A stretch of 34,285 nucleotides of DNA from Neolecta irregularis DAH-3. Taxonomy: Eukaryota. Numbering within the stretch: the first letter of the stretch is position 1; each line of letters opens with the position of its first letter. Positions 1 to 9,908 of this stretch are shown here, piece by piece. The position numbers and the translations under genes were made by a program. Under the pieces are notes generated by a model. It worked only from the letters and a program-made list of their open reading frames with translations. It ran no database searches and had not been told where the DNA came from. The DNA lies in the NCBI GenBank assembly GCA_001929475.1, contig LXFE01000834.1, forward strand, positions 1 through 34,285, read 5' to 3'.

Positions 1-623
1 CCCGCTCTCCCCCCACGACGTCCCCCGCCGCCCCCAGTACGCAAAATGGTCCCCCGACGAGGACGTCCTCCTCAGAGCCGCCGTCGCAAAGCACGGCACC
101 TCAAAGTGGTCCATGGTCGCCGCCTCCGTCCCCGGCCGCACCCCCATGCAGTGCTCCACCCGCTGGCAGGGCGCCCTCAACACCAGCATCCACAAGGGCC
201 GCTGGGGCGTTGACGAAGACGCCATCCTCATAGACGCCGTCGACAAGTGGGCCCGCTACGCCAGGTCAAACCCCCACGACGAGGCCACCTCCTCCATCCC
301 CTGGTCAAACATCGCCGCCCTCCTCCCCAGGTCCCGCACCGGCATCCAGTGCCAGGCCAGATGGAGCGAGGCCCTAGACCCCTCCGTCAGAAAGGGCAAG
401 TGGACAAAAGACGAAGACGAAATGCTCATGCTCGGCGTCCAGAAATTCGGCCGCTGCTGGATAAAAATTGCTGCCGGCGTGCACGGCCGCACCCAGAGAC
501 AATGCAGAACAAGATGGATGCAAATAAAGTCGTCTTTTGGCCTATTATATCTCCTGACTATCTAGAAGTAGAGAAAAAAAGCAAGCTCAGTCCGCTTCAA
601 ATCTTTCTCAAGATGACGAGTAA
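1..623 (+). CDS. Myb-like DNA-binding protein with three Myb repeats, 5' end outside window
   Basis: Frame open from base 2. Three Trp-spaced repeats: KWSPDEDVLLRAAVAKHGTSKWSMVAASVPGRTPMQCSTRW; RWGVDEDAIL...RTGIQCQARW; KWTKDEDEML...RTQRQCRTRW. Predicted intron 529-565 (GTCGTC..CTGAC..TAG) gives a last exon ending SREKKQAQSASNLSQDDE* with TAA at 621-623. Confidence 0.9.
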
Positions 624-841
624 TGGAGTCCTATTACTCTTACCCGTTTAGATTTTATATACCAGCTTTACTACCTTATTGTTTTAGTTCTATTTCTAGT
701 TTGTTCTAGTTCGTTCTAGCTGGCTCTGCGTTCTAGTTCGTTTTATTTCTATTTATATTTCTTTTTCTCCATTCTTTCCGTTTTACTTTATGTGTTTTTC
801 TCCTGTCGATCGAGCCTGCACTTTGTCGCGCTCTCCACAGG

Positions 842-995
842 TTTCACTTTTTTCACTGTTTCACTTGAATTTTCACTTTCTTCACTTTCTTCACTTTTCT
901 TCACTTCCTTCACTTCCTTCACTTTTCTTACTTTTCTTCGCTTTTCTCACTTTTCTTCACTTTTCTCACTTTTCTCACTTTTCTCACTTTTCACT
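842..995 (+). repeat. Degenerate pyrimidine-rich microsatellite (TTTTCAC / TTTTCTCAC / CTTCAC units)
   Basis: Directly visible tandem TTCACT-type units of about 8-11 bp, with very few G on the + strand. Confidence 0.9.
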
Positions 996-1000
996 TGGAC

Positions 1001-1246
1001 TGCGTTTTGCGCGCCAAATTTCATAGAACGTGGCTTTTAAAAAATTCGAATTTTCAGCGCGCGTTTAGTGCCCTCCACATTTCATAACATTGGCCTTGTA
1101 AAAAATTCAAATTTTAAGCGCGCATTCAGGGCAACGCCGCTCCGCCATCGGATACGGAAATTCAAATTTTCAGCGGCGTTTGGTGCGCTCCCTTTTGAAT
1201 TTTAAGAAAAGCCACATTTCATGAAATTTGGTGCGTTTTGAACGCA
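1001..1246. repeat. ~60-bp unit present as two direct copies, one partial copy and one inverted copy
   Basis: 1014-1071 CCAAATTTCATAGAACGTGGCTTTTAAAAAATTCGAATTTTCAGCGCGCGTTTAGTGC resembles 1075-1131 CCACATTTCATAACATTGGCCTTGTAAAAAATTCAAATTTTAAGCGCGCATTCAGGGC. Partial copy ~1157-1188. Region ~1183-1246 (GAATTTTAAGAAAAGCCACATTTCATGAAATTTGGTGCG..AACGCA) is an imperfect reverse complement of 1001-1062. Confidence 0.8.
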
Positions 1247-1312
1247 CCTTGCCTTTTTCTGTTTCAGATTTCTTTCTTTTCTTTTACTTGTTTCAGATTC
1301 GTACAGAATGTT

Positions 1313-1511
1313 CAATACGTATCCACGTATCCACATATCGTATCCACGTTTCCAATACGTGATCCATATCTTATCCCATACCGTTATCCATACATGTTAT
1401 AAATACGTGATCCACATGTTATCCATATGTTATACAATACGTGATATCTTATCCAATACCGTATCCATCATCATTATCCATATCTTATCCAATACCGTAT
1501 CCAATATCCAT
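1313..1511 (+). repeat. Degenerate TATCCA-based short-period tandem repeat
   Basis: Many TATCCA/GATCCA/TATCCC copies spaced roughly 8-12 bp. ATATCTTATCCAATACCGTATCCA occurs twice. Confidence 0.85.
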
Positions 1512-1586
1512 CAGAATGCCGGCTACTGTCCAATACTGTTGACTATTGCAATTGATACAGTACCCCGCTATTATTCAAGAGAATAG

Positions 1587-3730
1587 TTACCATTTATACT
1601 TGCCGTCTTGATATTACATACTATTCAGGCGTATACTGTGTGACGCTTTGATACGTGTCTCATAGATTAGATACCATCCAGGATTGGCTGACCACCCTCC
1701 ACCATGTCATTGTTTCTCGATATCGACTCTACCGTATACACCCACCCACTCCACATCTATCAAAAGAAAATCTTGAATTTTCTCAGTCCTCTGAAAACTC
1801 TTGCCCTCGAAGTCGGCAGACACTGGTTGACGGTATTCCAATAACCATCCACTCTAACCCACAGAAAGGACGTGACTTTGTAATAAACCCTACCCCCGTA
1901 AAGAAACTCGAAACTGCCTTGGCAAACTCAAAGACGTTTGAAGAATGGGCCCAAATCGCATATACACTCGACCAGTACCACTCTTCTTGAATCATCTAAT
2001 CATACAGGATCCTAGGAAAAGACCTATGGAGACAAAATCCCACAAGCAGTCACTACGACTACAAACTTATTGCTGAAAAACTGCGAAATCTGATCGATGC
2101 TAGAGTCGACGGTGACGTGCAAACTCTCATCTACATCCTCCGATCAGGTAATCACCCGCCTGCAACGAAATTAACTTTGAGGTCTCTTTCGAAACTTGGG
2201 CAACGTGTCTATCAAAGAATTGTTCAACAAGTCCTTTTGTGGAACAAAAGTCCTCATTGAAGAATACGTTCAAGAAACATGCGATGCACTCACTTTTATC
2301 AATAACCTCCACGGCCCCGATTTATCTGCTCAAGCACAACTCGATTTCTTCCACGATACAAGACAGGGTTTCGGCTTGACCGCGGTCGTTTTACATGGCG
2401 GAGCAATGTTTGGCGTATTCCATCTGGGTGTAGTAAAAGCACTGTACTCGAGAGGTCTCTTGCCAAGGATAGTCACCGGGACTGCCGTCGGTGCAGTTGT
2501 CGCTTCGTTGATTTGTATACACACAGACCAAGAACTCCCTGTTGGCTCCACCTCTTCATCCCGCTAATCCCGCTAGGAATTCTTGACTTCGGGTGGAATT
2601 GATTTAACTGCCTTTCAAAAGAGGAGCAGGGCAGGTGCATTTCATCGAAAAGTAAAAAGGTTTTTACAGGAAGGCAAGATTGGCAGAGGTACGGTTGTAA
2701 CATTTAGGGTTTCTTTTAGATATCAAAATCCTCGACGACCTGTTACAAGCCAACATTGGCGATCTTACATTCGAAGTTTGCCAAATGTAAACCGGAAATA
2801 CTAATTGTAGGACGCGTACAATCGTACCCGCAGAGTACTAAACATCACCGTCTCGTCGACCGGAAAACATCAAGTTCCTACGCTGCTAAACTTTCTCACC
2901 GCTCCCAATGTCCTCATCCGATCAGCTGCATCGGCAAGTAACGCTTTATCGGGATTATACGAACAATCTGATCTCCTATGTAAAGACGAACTCGGAAATA
3001 TCGTCCCGTGGTGTCCGGCAGGGGGTACCCATTCCCGTTGTATTCGCTGATTCCCAGAAATCAAATGGAGAAATTGGACAGAGGCCAATTTAAGCGAGGA
3101 CGAGTCTCCATATACTCGAATCTCGGAACTGTTCAACGTGAACCACTTTATTGTAAGCCAAGCGTGGCCATACTTGGGTACTTGTTCCCAGATCAAGCGG
3201 GGTTAAATGAAAGCACCCTTTATCAGTCCGGATATATACCAAAGTGACCATCCCGGGAAAATGGCCGCTGCTCAAAATAAAATCACGCGGTTACTGACTA
3301 TGGAGGTACAGCATCGAGTAAGTCAGTTAGATACCCTCGGTCTGTTACCCTCCGCCACTCGACGATTCCTCCTCGACGATACAATTCCCGGTGAAAAAGT
3401 CACACTAGTCCCCAACATCACACTTAAAGTTGTGTTTTTTCAAATTCGAGCTAACGCCCAGGATTTCCAACAGTTGTTTGAAAATCCGACAAGGGAGAGT
3501 ATCGATTATTGGATTTTGAAAGGCGAACAGAGCACTTGGCCCGCGATAGCTCTAATCAGAGCAAGATTGGCCATTGAACTTACCTTGGACACACGTATTT
3601 CTATCCCTGATAAAGCCAACTAAATGAAGTATACACTGATCTACGAGCAGCACCCCCTATTCAAGAAACACCATTCTATGGATCATCACCGTCTCGCCAA
3701 CCACGAAAACGAGGCGCAAGTCTTTCGTGA
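1587..3730 (+). CDS. Patatin-domain triacylglycerol lipase family (Tgl3/4/5-like), multi-exon, catalytic Ser absent; start uncertain (possibly ATG 1516)
   Basis: Spliced product contains FEEWAQIAYTLDQILGKDLWRQNP..YDY, GLFRNLGN, FFHDTRQGFGLTAVVLHGGAMFGVFHLGVVKAL, IVTGTAVGA, GDLTFEDAYNRTRRVLNITV, LLNFLTAPNVLIRSA, ELFNVNHFIVSQA, GEQSTWPAI. Introns include 1975-2007, 2148-2181, 2541-2576, 2674-2707 (GC-AG), 2776-2810 and 3595-3629. Stop TGA 3728-3730. Confidence 0.9.
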
Positions 3731-3754
3731 TGCCACTTCTTTTCTATATTTAAT

Positions 3755-4912
3755 TCATCGCTGTATCTCTTTTGCACCAATAGTCCCGCTTCCACCTGGT
3801 GCGGAAAACGTGATTATCGACCGATTATTTGGGTCAGGCGAAAGTGTAGGCCATGATGTCGCGCTCCCTTGATTCATCAGTGCATGTCTTGGAAAGGGGT
3901 GTTTATTTTGCCTTTTGTCAATACGAGTTCTATTTTTGTGGGTAGAATGATATACTTGGACCTGATTGGATCAATTTGCTAGATGTTTATTAATTGTGTT
4001 GTCTTGGGGATTTGATACGTCATATAACGGTATGGTTGATTTATATCTTTGGTTTCCAGAGAATAAAACATCCACTTGAATCTTTGGCCGTTAAAATAGA
4101 AAAAAGTGGAACAAAAATACCTCGGTTTGTGAAAATTTGATTTCGGTCTTGTCGGATTCTGCTTTTTTGGCAAATATCGAAACGATGACTTGACCTGGCG
4201 TTTGATAAAAGTCCGTTCTAACGTTTAGTGGGAGTCTATATTACAACGGTACCTGCACTCTGTTAAATTATCACTTGGTCCATCAAGAGTTCCAATGAAT
4301 AAATGTCGATCGACTGTACAGCCTCTGATTTTGAGAAACTCGTCGAATTCAAGAACTTTTCGTTTACAACAACTGTACCCTTTTGATCCTTCATGGAAGA
4401 TTGGTTGGCCGGGGTGGAATGTACACTTGTCTTGGCCTCTGCTTATTTGATCCGAGACAAATTCAGCGTTACACGCTGTGCGTTTACATTTCGCACCTAC
4501 TTGAATCGGGATATCAGCTGGATCTTGATCCAGCGGTTTTGCTTGTGGAGGTTCTGAAATAATTTGTTTCACTGACAGAGACGCGGGTTTTGCGGCTGCT
4601 GAGACTTCAGTCCGGTTTACCATCTTTTCACGAGCCGTAGTAGATGTAGTGGGACCTGATTGACGGGTCTCTTGTTCAAGTGAATGAGATCCAGTTGAAC
4701 AGCCCGGTAGTTCCAAGAATTCCTCAAACGAAGTCACTCGTTTTTTGCAACATGTATAGCCTAGAGCGGTTAGCAATTTGATTGAAGGCTATATACTTAC
4801 CTTTGAGTCCTTCGTGAAAGACAGGCTGTCCGGGATGAAAAGTACAGCCTCCTTCTCTAGTCTTCTCTGGATCAAATTCCTTTCCACATCCCTTTCGAGT
4901 ACAAACAGCCAT
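3755..4912 (-). CDS. CHORD-domain (x2) plus CS-domain protein (Chp1/Rar1-like Hsp90 co-chaperone)
   Basis: CTRKGCG..CTFHPGQPVFHEGLKG..CCKKRV..FEEFLELPGC and CKRTAC..CTFHPGQPIFHEGSKGYSCCKRKVLEFDEFLKIRGC. Spliced CS domain TDFYQTPGQVIVSIFAKK..SKYIILPTKIELVLTKGSATSWPTL. The last intron is 3911-3868 (GC-AG). Ends GTIGAKEIQR* with TGA at 3757-3755. Confidence 0.9.
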
Positions 4913-4971
4913 TTTCTCTTTTGTGTTTTTTGGGGGGCGGTTAATTAAAAGTGGAAAAGTCGGTTAGTGTT

Positions 4972-4996
4972 GCTCTGGAAAAATCTAGAAATTGCT
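4972..4996. promoter_or_regulatory. Putative heat shock element (alternating nTTCn/nGAAn pentamers) in a divergent promoter
   Basis: gCTCt-gGAAa-aATCt-aGAAa-tTGCt: five pentamers in correct phase, two perfect GAA and three single-mismatch TTC, between the CHORD ATG (4912) and Hsp78 ATG (5055). Confidence 0.6.
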
Positions 4997-5054
4997 CTCA
5001 GGCGTCATTACATGTGCAAATAATAAACACCATCCTATCACATTTTACACATCG

Positions 5055-7595
5055 ATGATTAGACCACCCAAAAAATCATTTTTCTCGCCAACAACCCGGT
5101 TCCTTCGACCAACCCGTATTCTGCCCAGAACAACTGCGCTCAGACCGGTTATTGCCAATGTCCGCCAAGTTCGAGTACCTTCGATTACAACAATACGAGG
5201 CTACGCTACCGGTCCACCAAACATCAAGATGAATATGGGCCAGGAGTCGAAGCCTGGGGAGGCACTAAAGACTTATGGTATCGATTTGACCGAGCTCGCG
5301 TCAAAGGGAAAATTAGACCCGGTTATTGGACGAGACGAAGAAATCAGGCGCACGATACAAATTCTGTCGCGGCGAACCAAGAATAATCCAGCTCTAGTGG
5401 GTCCCGCGTATGTTGTAGTGATCTAGAAAAGTGTTGACTTGATAGCGGCGTGGGAAAGACTGCAATCATGGAAGGTCTAGGTATATCTTTACCTCAAGCA
5501 AATAATCTAACGACAAGCTCAACGAATCGTACGGGGAGAAGTACCTGAATCAATGAAGGAAAAGCAAGTAATTTCGCTCGACCTGGGGTCTCTCATCTCC
5601 GGTGCAAAGTATCGAGGAGAATTTGAAGAACGATTGAAAGCCGTAATCAAGGATGTTGAGAGCGCCCAAGGCCGTATCGTTCTCTTTATCGACGAATTGC
5701 ATGTTCTTCTTGGGCTTGGAAAGACAGAAGGAAGCGTTGATGCAAGTAATATGTTGAAACCGGCCTTGGCTCGAGGACAACTACAATGCTGCGGTGCAAC
5801 AACTTTGGAGGAGTATCGAAAGTATATTGAAAAAGATGCTGCTCTCGCCCGTCGTTTCCAGCCGGTACAGATCCTCGAGCCCTCGGTGCAAGATTCGATA
5901 TCCATCTTGCGGGGCTTAAAAGGTAAATGGTATTCTTGCTTGAATTGCTGACGGGAAAAGAAAAGTACGAAGTGCATCATGGCGTTCGCATTACTGATGG
6001 GGCTCTCGTTACAGCTGCTACATATGCCCACCGCTATCTTGCCGATAAAAATCTTCCCGATTCCGCTATTGATTTGGTCGACGAGGCTTGTTCGTCCCTT
6101 CGTCTGCAATATGAATCGAAGCCCGATGCCATTGAAGAGCTAGACCGTCAAACAATGACAATACAGATCGAACTCGAAAGCCTAAAGAAGGAAACAGATG
6201 TTGTATCAAGCGAACGCAGAGAAAAATTAGAAACCCAGCTCAAGAAAAAACAAGGCGAATTGTCGAGACTCACAAAACTTTGGGAAGAAGAACGGTAGGA
6301 CTGCAAATCGGATTGTCAGTTGACATGTCAGAGCTGAACTCGAAAAAATCAAGAAAGCAAAGGAGCAGATAGAGGAAGCCAAAATGAATCTTGAGAAAGC
6401 GTTGCGAAACAACGATTATGTCCAGGCTTCACAGCTACGCTTCGCTATCATCCCCGAACTTGAAAAGAAACTTGAACGAGTAAATGGAGCTGAGACGACC
6501 TTACTTCACGATTCTGTGACCAGCGATGATATCGCCCGTGTCGTTTCAAAGGCCACCGGTATCCCGACCAATAACCTTATGCGAGGTGAGAAAGATCGGC
6601 TTCTCAATATGGAAAGCATTCTTCGCCAGTCAGTCATCGGGCAGGACGACGCAATCACTGCAGTTTCCGCTGCCGTCAGACTTTCGCGAGCGGGTTTATC
6701 CGACTCAGCTAGGCCTACAGCTAGTTTTATGTTTATGGGACCAACAGGAACAGGTAAAACCTTACTCAGTAAGAAGCTTGCAGAATTCTTGTTCGACGAT
6801 GAGAACGCAATGATCCGGATTGACTGTTCAGAGTACCAAGAGAGGCATAATGTTGCCTTGCTTACTGGTGCTCCCCCCGGTTATGTTGGATATGAAGAGG
6901 GCGGCCAATTGACGAACTCTATAAGACAAAGACCATATTCTGTTATCCTTTTCGATGAATTTGAAAAAGGTTTGTTCAAAGTTGCTGTCATCTACTAAGG
7001 ATATAGCCCATCGCGACGTATCAAACGTTCTTCTTCAGGTTTTGGATGAGGGGTTTCTAACGGATGCACAAGGACGCAAAGTTGATTTCCGGTCTACGAT
7101 AATTATTCTCACATCTAATCTCGGATCAGAACTTCTTACTGGGACAATTGTTTCGGAGGAAGTCAAACGGCAGGTAGTGAATGTAGCAGAGAATACGTAC
7201 CCACCCGAGTTTATCAATCGACTGGACGATATCGTTGTGTTTAATCGACTTTCCGTAGATAACATACGTAAAATAGTCGAACTTAGACTGGACGAAGTTC
7301 AAGTACGTCTCTCAGATAGGAGGATCACCTTGGACGTCGATAAGACTGTAAAAGATTGGCTTGCAACAGAAGGATTCTCCGAAATATACGGTATAACATT
7401 TGCTTTGCTATTAATAACAATTTAGGCGCTCGATCCTTGAACCGAGTGGTCTTGAAAAAACTACTCAATCCTCTTGCAGACAAACTTCTTGCTGGTCATG
7501 TTCGTGGAAATGACAGAGTAAGAATCCAAATGTCACCGGAAGGGACCGGACTTGATATTATACCACGTCAGAAACAGAATGAGGGTGATTCATGA
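5055..7595 (+). CDS. HSP78: Mitochondrial ClpB-type disaggregase Hsp78
   Basis: Arg/Ser/Thr-rich acid-free presequence and no ClpB N-domain. [27 protein letters not shown], spliced Walker [26 protein letters not shown], second [46 protein letters not shown]. About six short introns. Confidence 0.95.
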
Positions 7596-7636
7596 TTTTT
7601 GTCTCCCTGCACATGCAGAAAATGCATGTACAAATG

Positions 7637-8749
7637 TTAAAATTTATTGTCAGCGGTTAATGGTACAAATTCTTTCTCGGGTTTAACAAACTGAAACCCC
7701 CGTTCTTCGAGTTTTTCGTGAACGACTTTACTTGACTTCCAGTTCGGCTGTCGAATCATAGCTACTTCCCAGGCTTGCCGCTCATTTTCATATGTTATTC
7801 TCCGCAATATTCCAGTACCTTCAACGAAACGAACCAATCCTGTTCGAGATCTGGAAATTATAAACCATATGTAAAACCAGGATATGCAAAGAAAACACCA
7901 AGTACCTAGGCCTAGCAGAATAGGATAAATTGATTGATTGAGTTCGATTCCAGCATAAACTAGTAGATATGAAATGCCTTTTCCCGCTAATAGTAATCCG
8001 GAAACCGGTATGAGAGCAGTTAATATCGCTCTCGCTGTATTGTACTGACGGACTGCATCAGATGCGTAACATAAATCAATGACTTTCTCTGTGGCTTCAA
8101 GATCACCAACTGTAGTCGTTGTCTGCAAAGCTATCACTGCCGAAGGGTGAGGTATGACAGGCGACTTTGTCAACGGAGAGTGCTTATGTGGTTGAGCCAT
8201 GTATAAATTCAATCCAATTAAAACTGAAGCCGGCGATTTGAACATTTTTGCGAGCATCAGGTAAGAAAACAAAGCGAGTGGTGTTTTAATTCCTGCATGC
8301 CTTACGATTCTTGTTCCGATATCAAGATGCGATTCTTCTTCAGGCTCTGAGAGGCCTAGTAGCTTCGAAGTAGATGAATGATGATGTTTTCCAAGTGTCT
8401 TGGGTGTTTTTAGAGGAGCAATTTGCGAGGTTGTTAATGCTTCAAGAGCTTCGACCACAAGACTATTCGGCGGCGATGATTTGGACAGAAGATCCACTTG
8501 AATCTTCCGCTTTAGATGAGGTAAGTGGAGTCGAAAGAGGTTATGTTGGCGGATGAGCGGCCTCCCTGAAGGGTCTGTCGATTTCTGAGATTGTTCTACT
8601 GGGGCATGTAAATGATTTTTAATCGGTTTCATAGTTGAATGTGTTCCTCTGTGTGACAGTACCGAGCGCAAAACTGGGTATACGGACATTGATAAACGGT
8701 CTGATGTTCGAAGTAACATGGCATTTGAAAGATTGCGAACTTTGATCAT
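7637..8749 (-). CDS. Hypothetical protein with two C-terminal hydrophobic segments, possibly mitochondrial; start uncertain
   Basis: 370-aa uninterrupted ORF with a basic, hydroxylated N-terminus and hydrophobic stretches ILTALIPVSGLLLAGKGISYLLVYAGI and ILLGLGTWCFLCISWFYIWFII. A GTAAGT donor at 8810 on the minus strand suggests an upstream exon. Confidence 0.7.
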   Translation of the reverse strand: MIKVRNLSNAMLLRTSDRLSMSVYPVLRSVLSHRGTHSTMKPIKNHLHAPVEQSQKSTDPSGRPLIRQHNLFRLHLPHLKRKIQVDLLSKSSPPNSLVVEALEALTTSQIAPLKTPKTLGKHHHSSTSKLLGLSEPEEESHLDIGTRIVRHAGIKTPLALFSYLMLAKMFKSPASVLIGLNLYMAQPHKHSPLTKSPVIPHPSAVIALQTTTTVGDLEATEKVIDLCYASDAVRQYNTARAILTALIPVSGLLLAGKGISYLLVYAGIELNQSIYPILLGLGTWCFLCISWFYIWFIISRSRTGLVRFVEGTGILRRITYENERQAWEVAMIRQPNWKSSKVVHEKLEERGFQFVKPEKEFVPLTADNKF

Positions 8750-9193
8750 CGGGAGATGTATTCTGATAAGTACAGAATCCTTCTTAATGTATTTCTCGAT
8801 ATGTACTTACCTGGTCACGAAAATACCTCGGTGGTCGGAAAAGAAATCTAGTGATAGATAAAAAACAATCTTCGACAATTCTTGATTCTGTTGGAGTGAT
8901 CCAAAACTAGACAATTGGCTTAAAAATATTGGAATCTTGGAATCGTGGATACATCAACCATTTCCCATGACAAACAAAAATTGTATCAGCAAGATTATGA
9001 AGCAACTTGCAATGGCAGCCAGGATTTAGTCCTGATCTCTGTTAAAGCCGCTTGGCAAAAGAATAAAGCCAAAAACGTAGAATACGTGATCTAACTTGTG
9101 CGACTCAATTTCAATAATTAGGCAGTATATATACACGAGCAGAAATATGAGTGCTGTACAGCGATCTGTCTGCAAGTCTGGAGAAGCAAATAT

Positions 9194-9540
9194 TTACGTT
9201 CGTTTGTTCGACAGCTGGGAAATGAGGAGCTTGTTCATCTCTGTATACCTTTCAACACAATTTATTATACAAGTCTTGGTGCTGGCGCTCATACTACCGT
9301 CAATTTTCGTAACGCATTGTTTGAAACAGCTTGCCATTAGTTACAGCTGCAAATTTTGGAATATACATTTCCGTGAATTTGTGACATACTTGTGGTTCAG
9401 AAATTGCCGGCAAGCAGAAACATACATGATTGGAATTGAGCACGAGCGGACTCTTTCTGTAGGAAAGTCTGTAGTTCTGCTTTTGATTTCTGGTCTAACT
9501 GCTGTATTTGTGGCTCAAGATGTTCTGCGTGCTCAAACAT
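9194..9540 (-). CDS. TIM8: Small Tim chaperone of the mitochondrial intermembrane space (Tim8-like)
   Basis: Spliced (2 introns): MFEHAEHLEPQIQQLDQKSKAELQTFLQKESARAQFQSLCHKFTEICFKQCVTKIDGSMSASTKTCIINCVERYTEMNKLLISQLSNKRT*. Contains the twin CX3C motif. Confidence 0.85.
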
Positions 9541-9908
9541 GTTGGTTGGAGGCTGTTGGGTGCACCAAGTTTCAGATCCAAGGACCTCCAAACATGCAAT
9601 GAAATGATTTTGAGATGGTCGCAGTTGGTCTTGGAGCTTTGTCACGCTGCACCAAAGACTGTATTCCTTAAGACTACTTCCAAGGAACTGGTGGTCAGTC
9701 CTTTTGCAGATTTTCTTTCTTCCCACCTGTCCCCATTCCAGAGGAATGTAGCCGTACACTCTCTACCGAAAGTCATCTAAAGTCAACTTGTTATCACAAG
9801 CATGTGCATCCATGGTTCTACAAACTGCTACGTGTCCATCACGTTACCCAATATCATGGCATTGCGGTCTATATAAACCTCCAGGAACTGTTTACTGTTT
9901 GCTTCACA

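Noticed and set aside
1..623. Bacterial horizontal transfer or contamination to explain the high GC
   Set aside because: Multi-repeat Myb is a eukaryotic protein and the gene carries a 37-nt intron of the same style as its neighbours.
790..1040. Phe/Leu/Ser/His-rich ORFs resembling membrane peptides
   Set aside because: They are translations of the TTCAC microsatellite.
1014..1190. CRISPR-like repeat/spacer appearance
   Set aside because: Only 2-3 degenerate copies that are similar along their whole length, no unique spacers, no cas genes, and a eukaryotic host.
1308..1586. 92-aa ORF, and TTATCCA motifs resembling bacterial DnaA boxes
   Set aside because: The ORF is a repeat translation. 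The context is an intron-rich eukaryotic genome, so an oriC reading is unsupported.
5055..7595. Apparent frameshifts and stops in ClpB and other genes suggesting pseudogenes
   Set aside because: The breaks I checked are each explained by a short GT/GC-AG intron that restores the conserved frame.
9096..9780. Plus-strand ORFs of 168 and 90 aa
   Set aside because: They are antisense to the Tim8 gene and have no recognisable motifs. The same applies to 5519-6109, 13501-13965 and 29024-29521.
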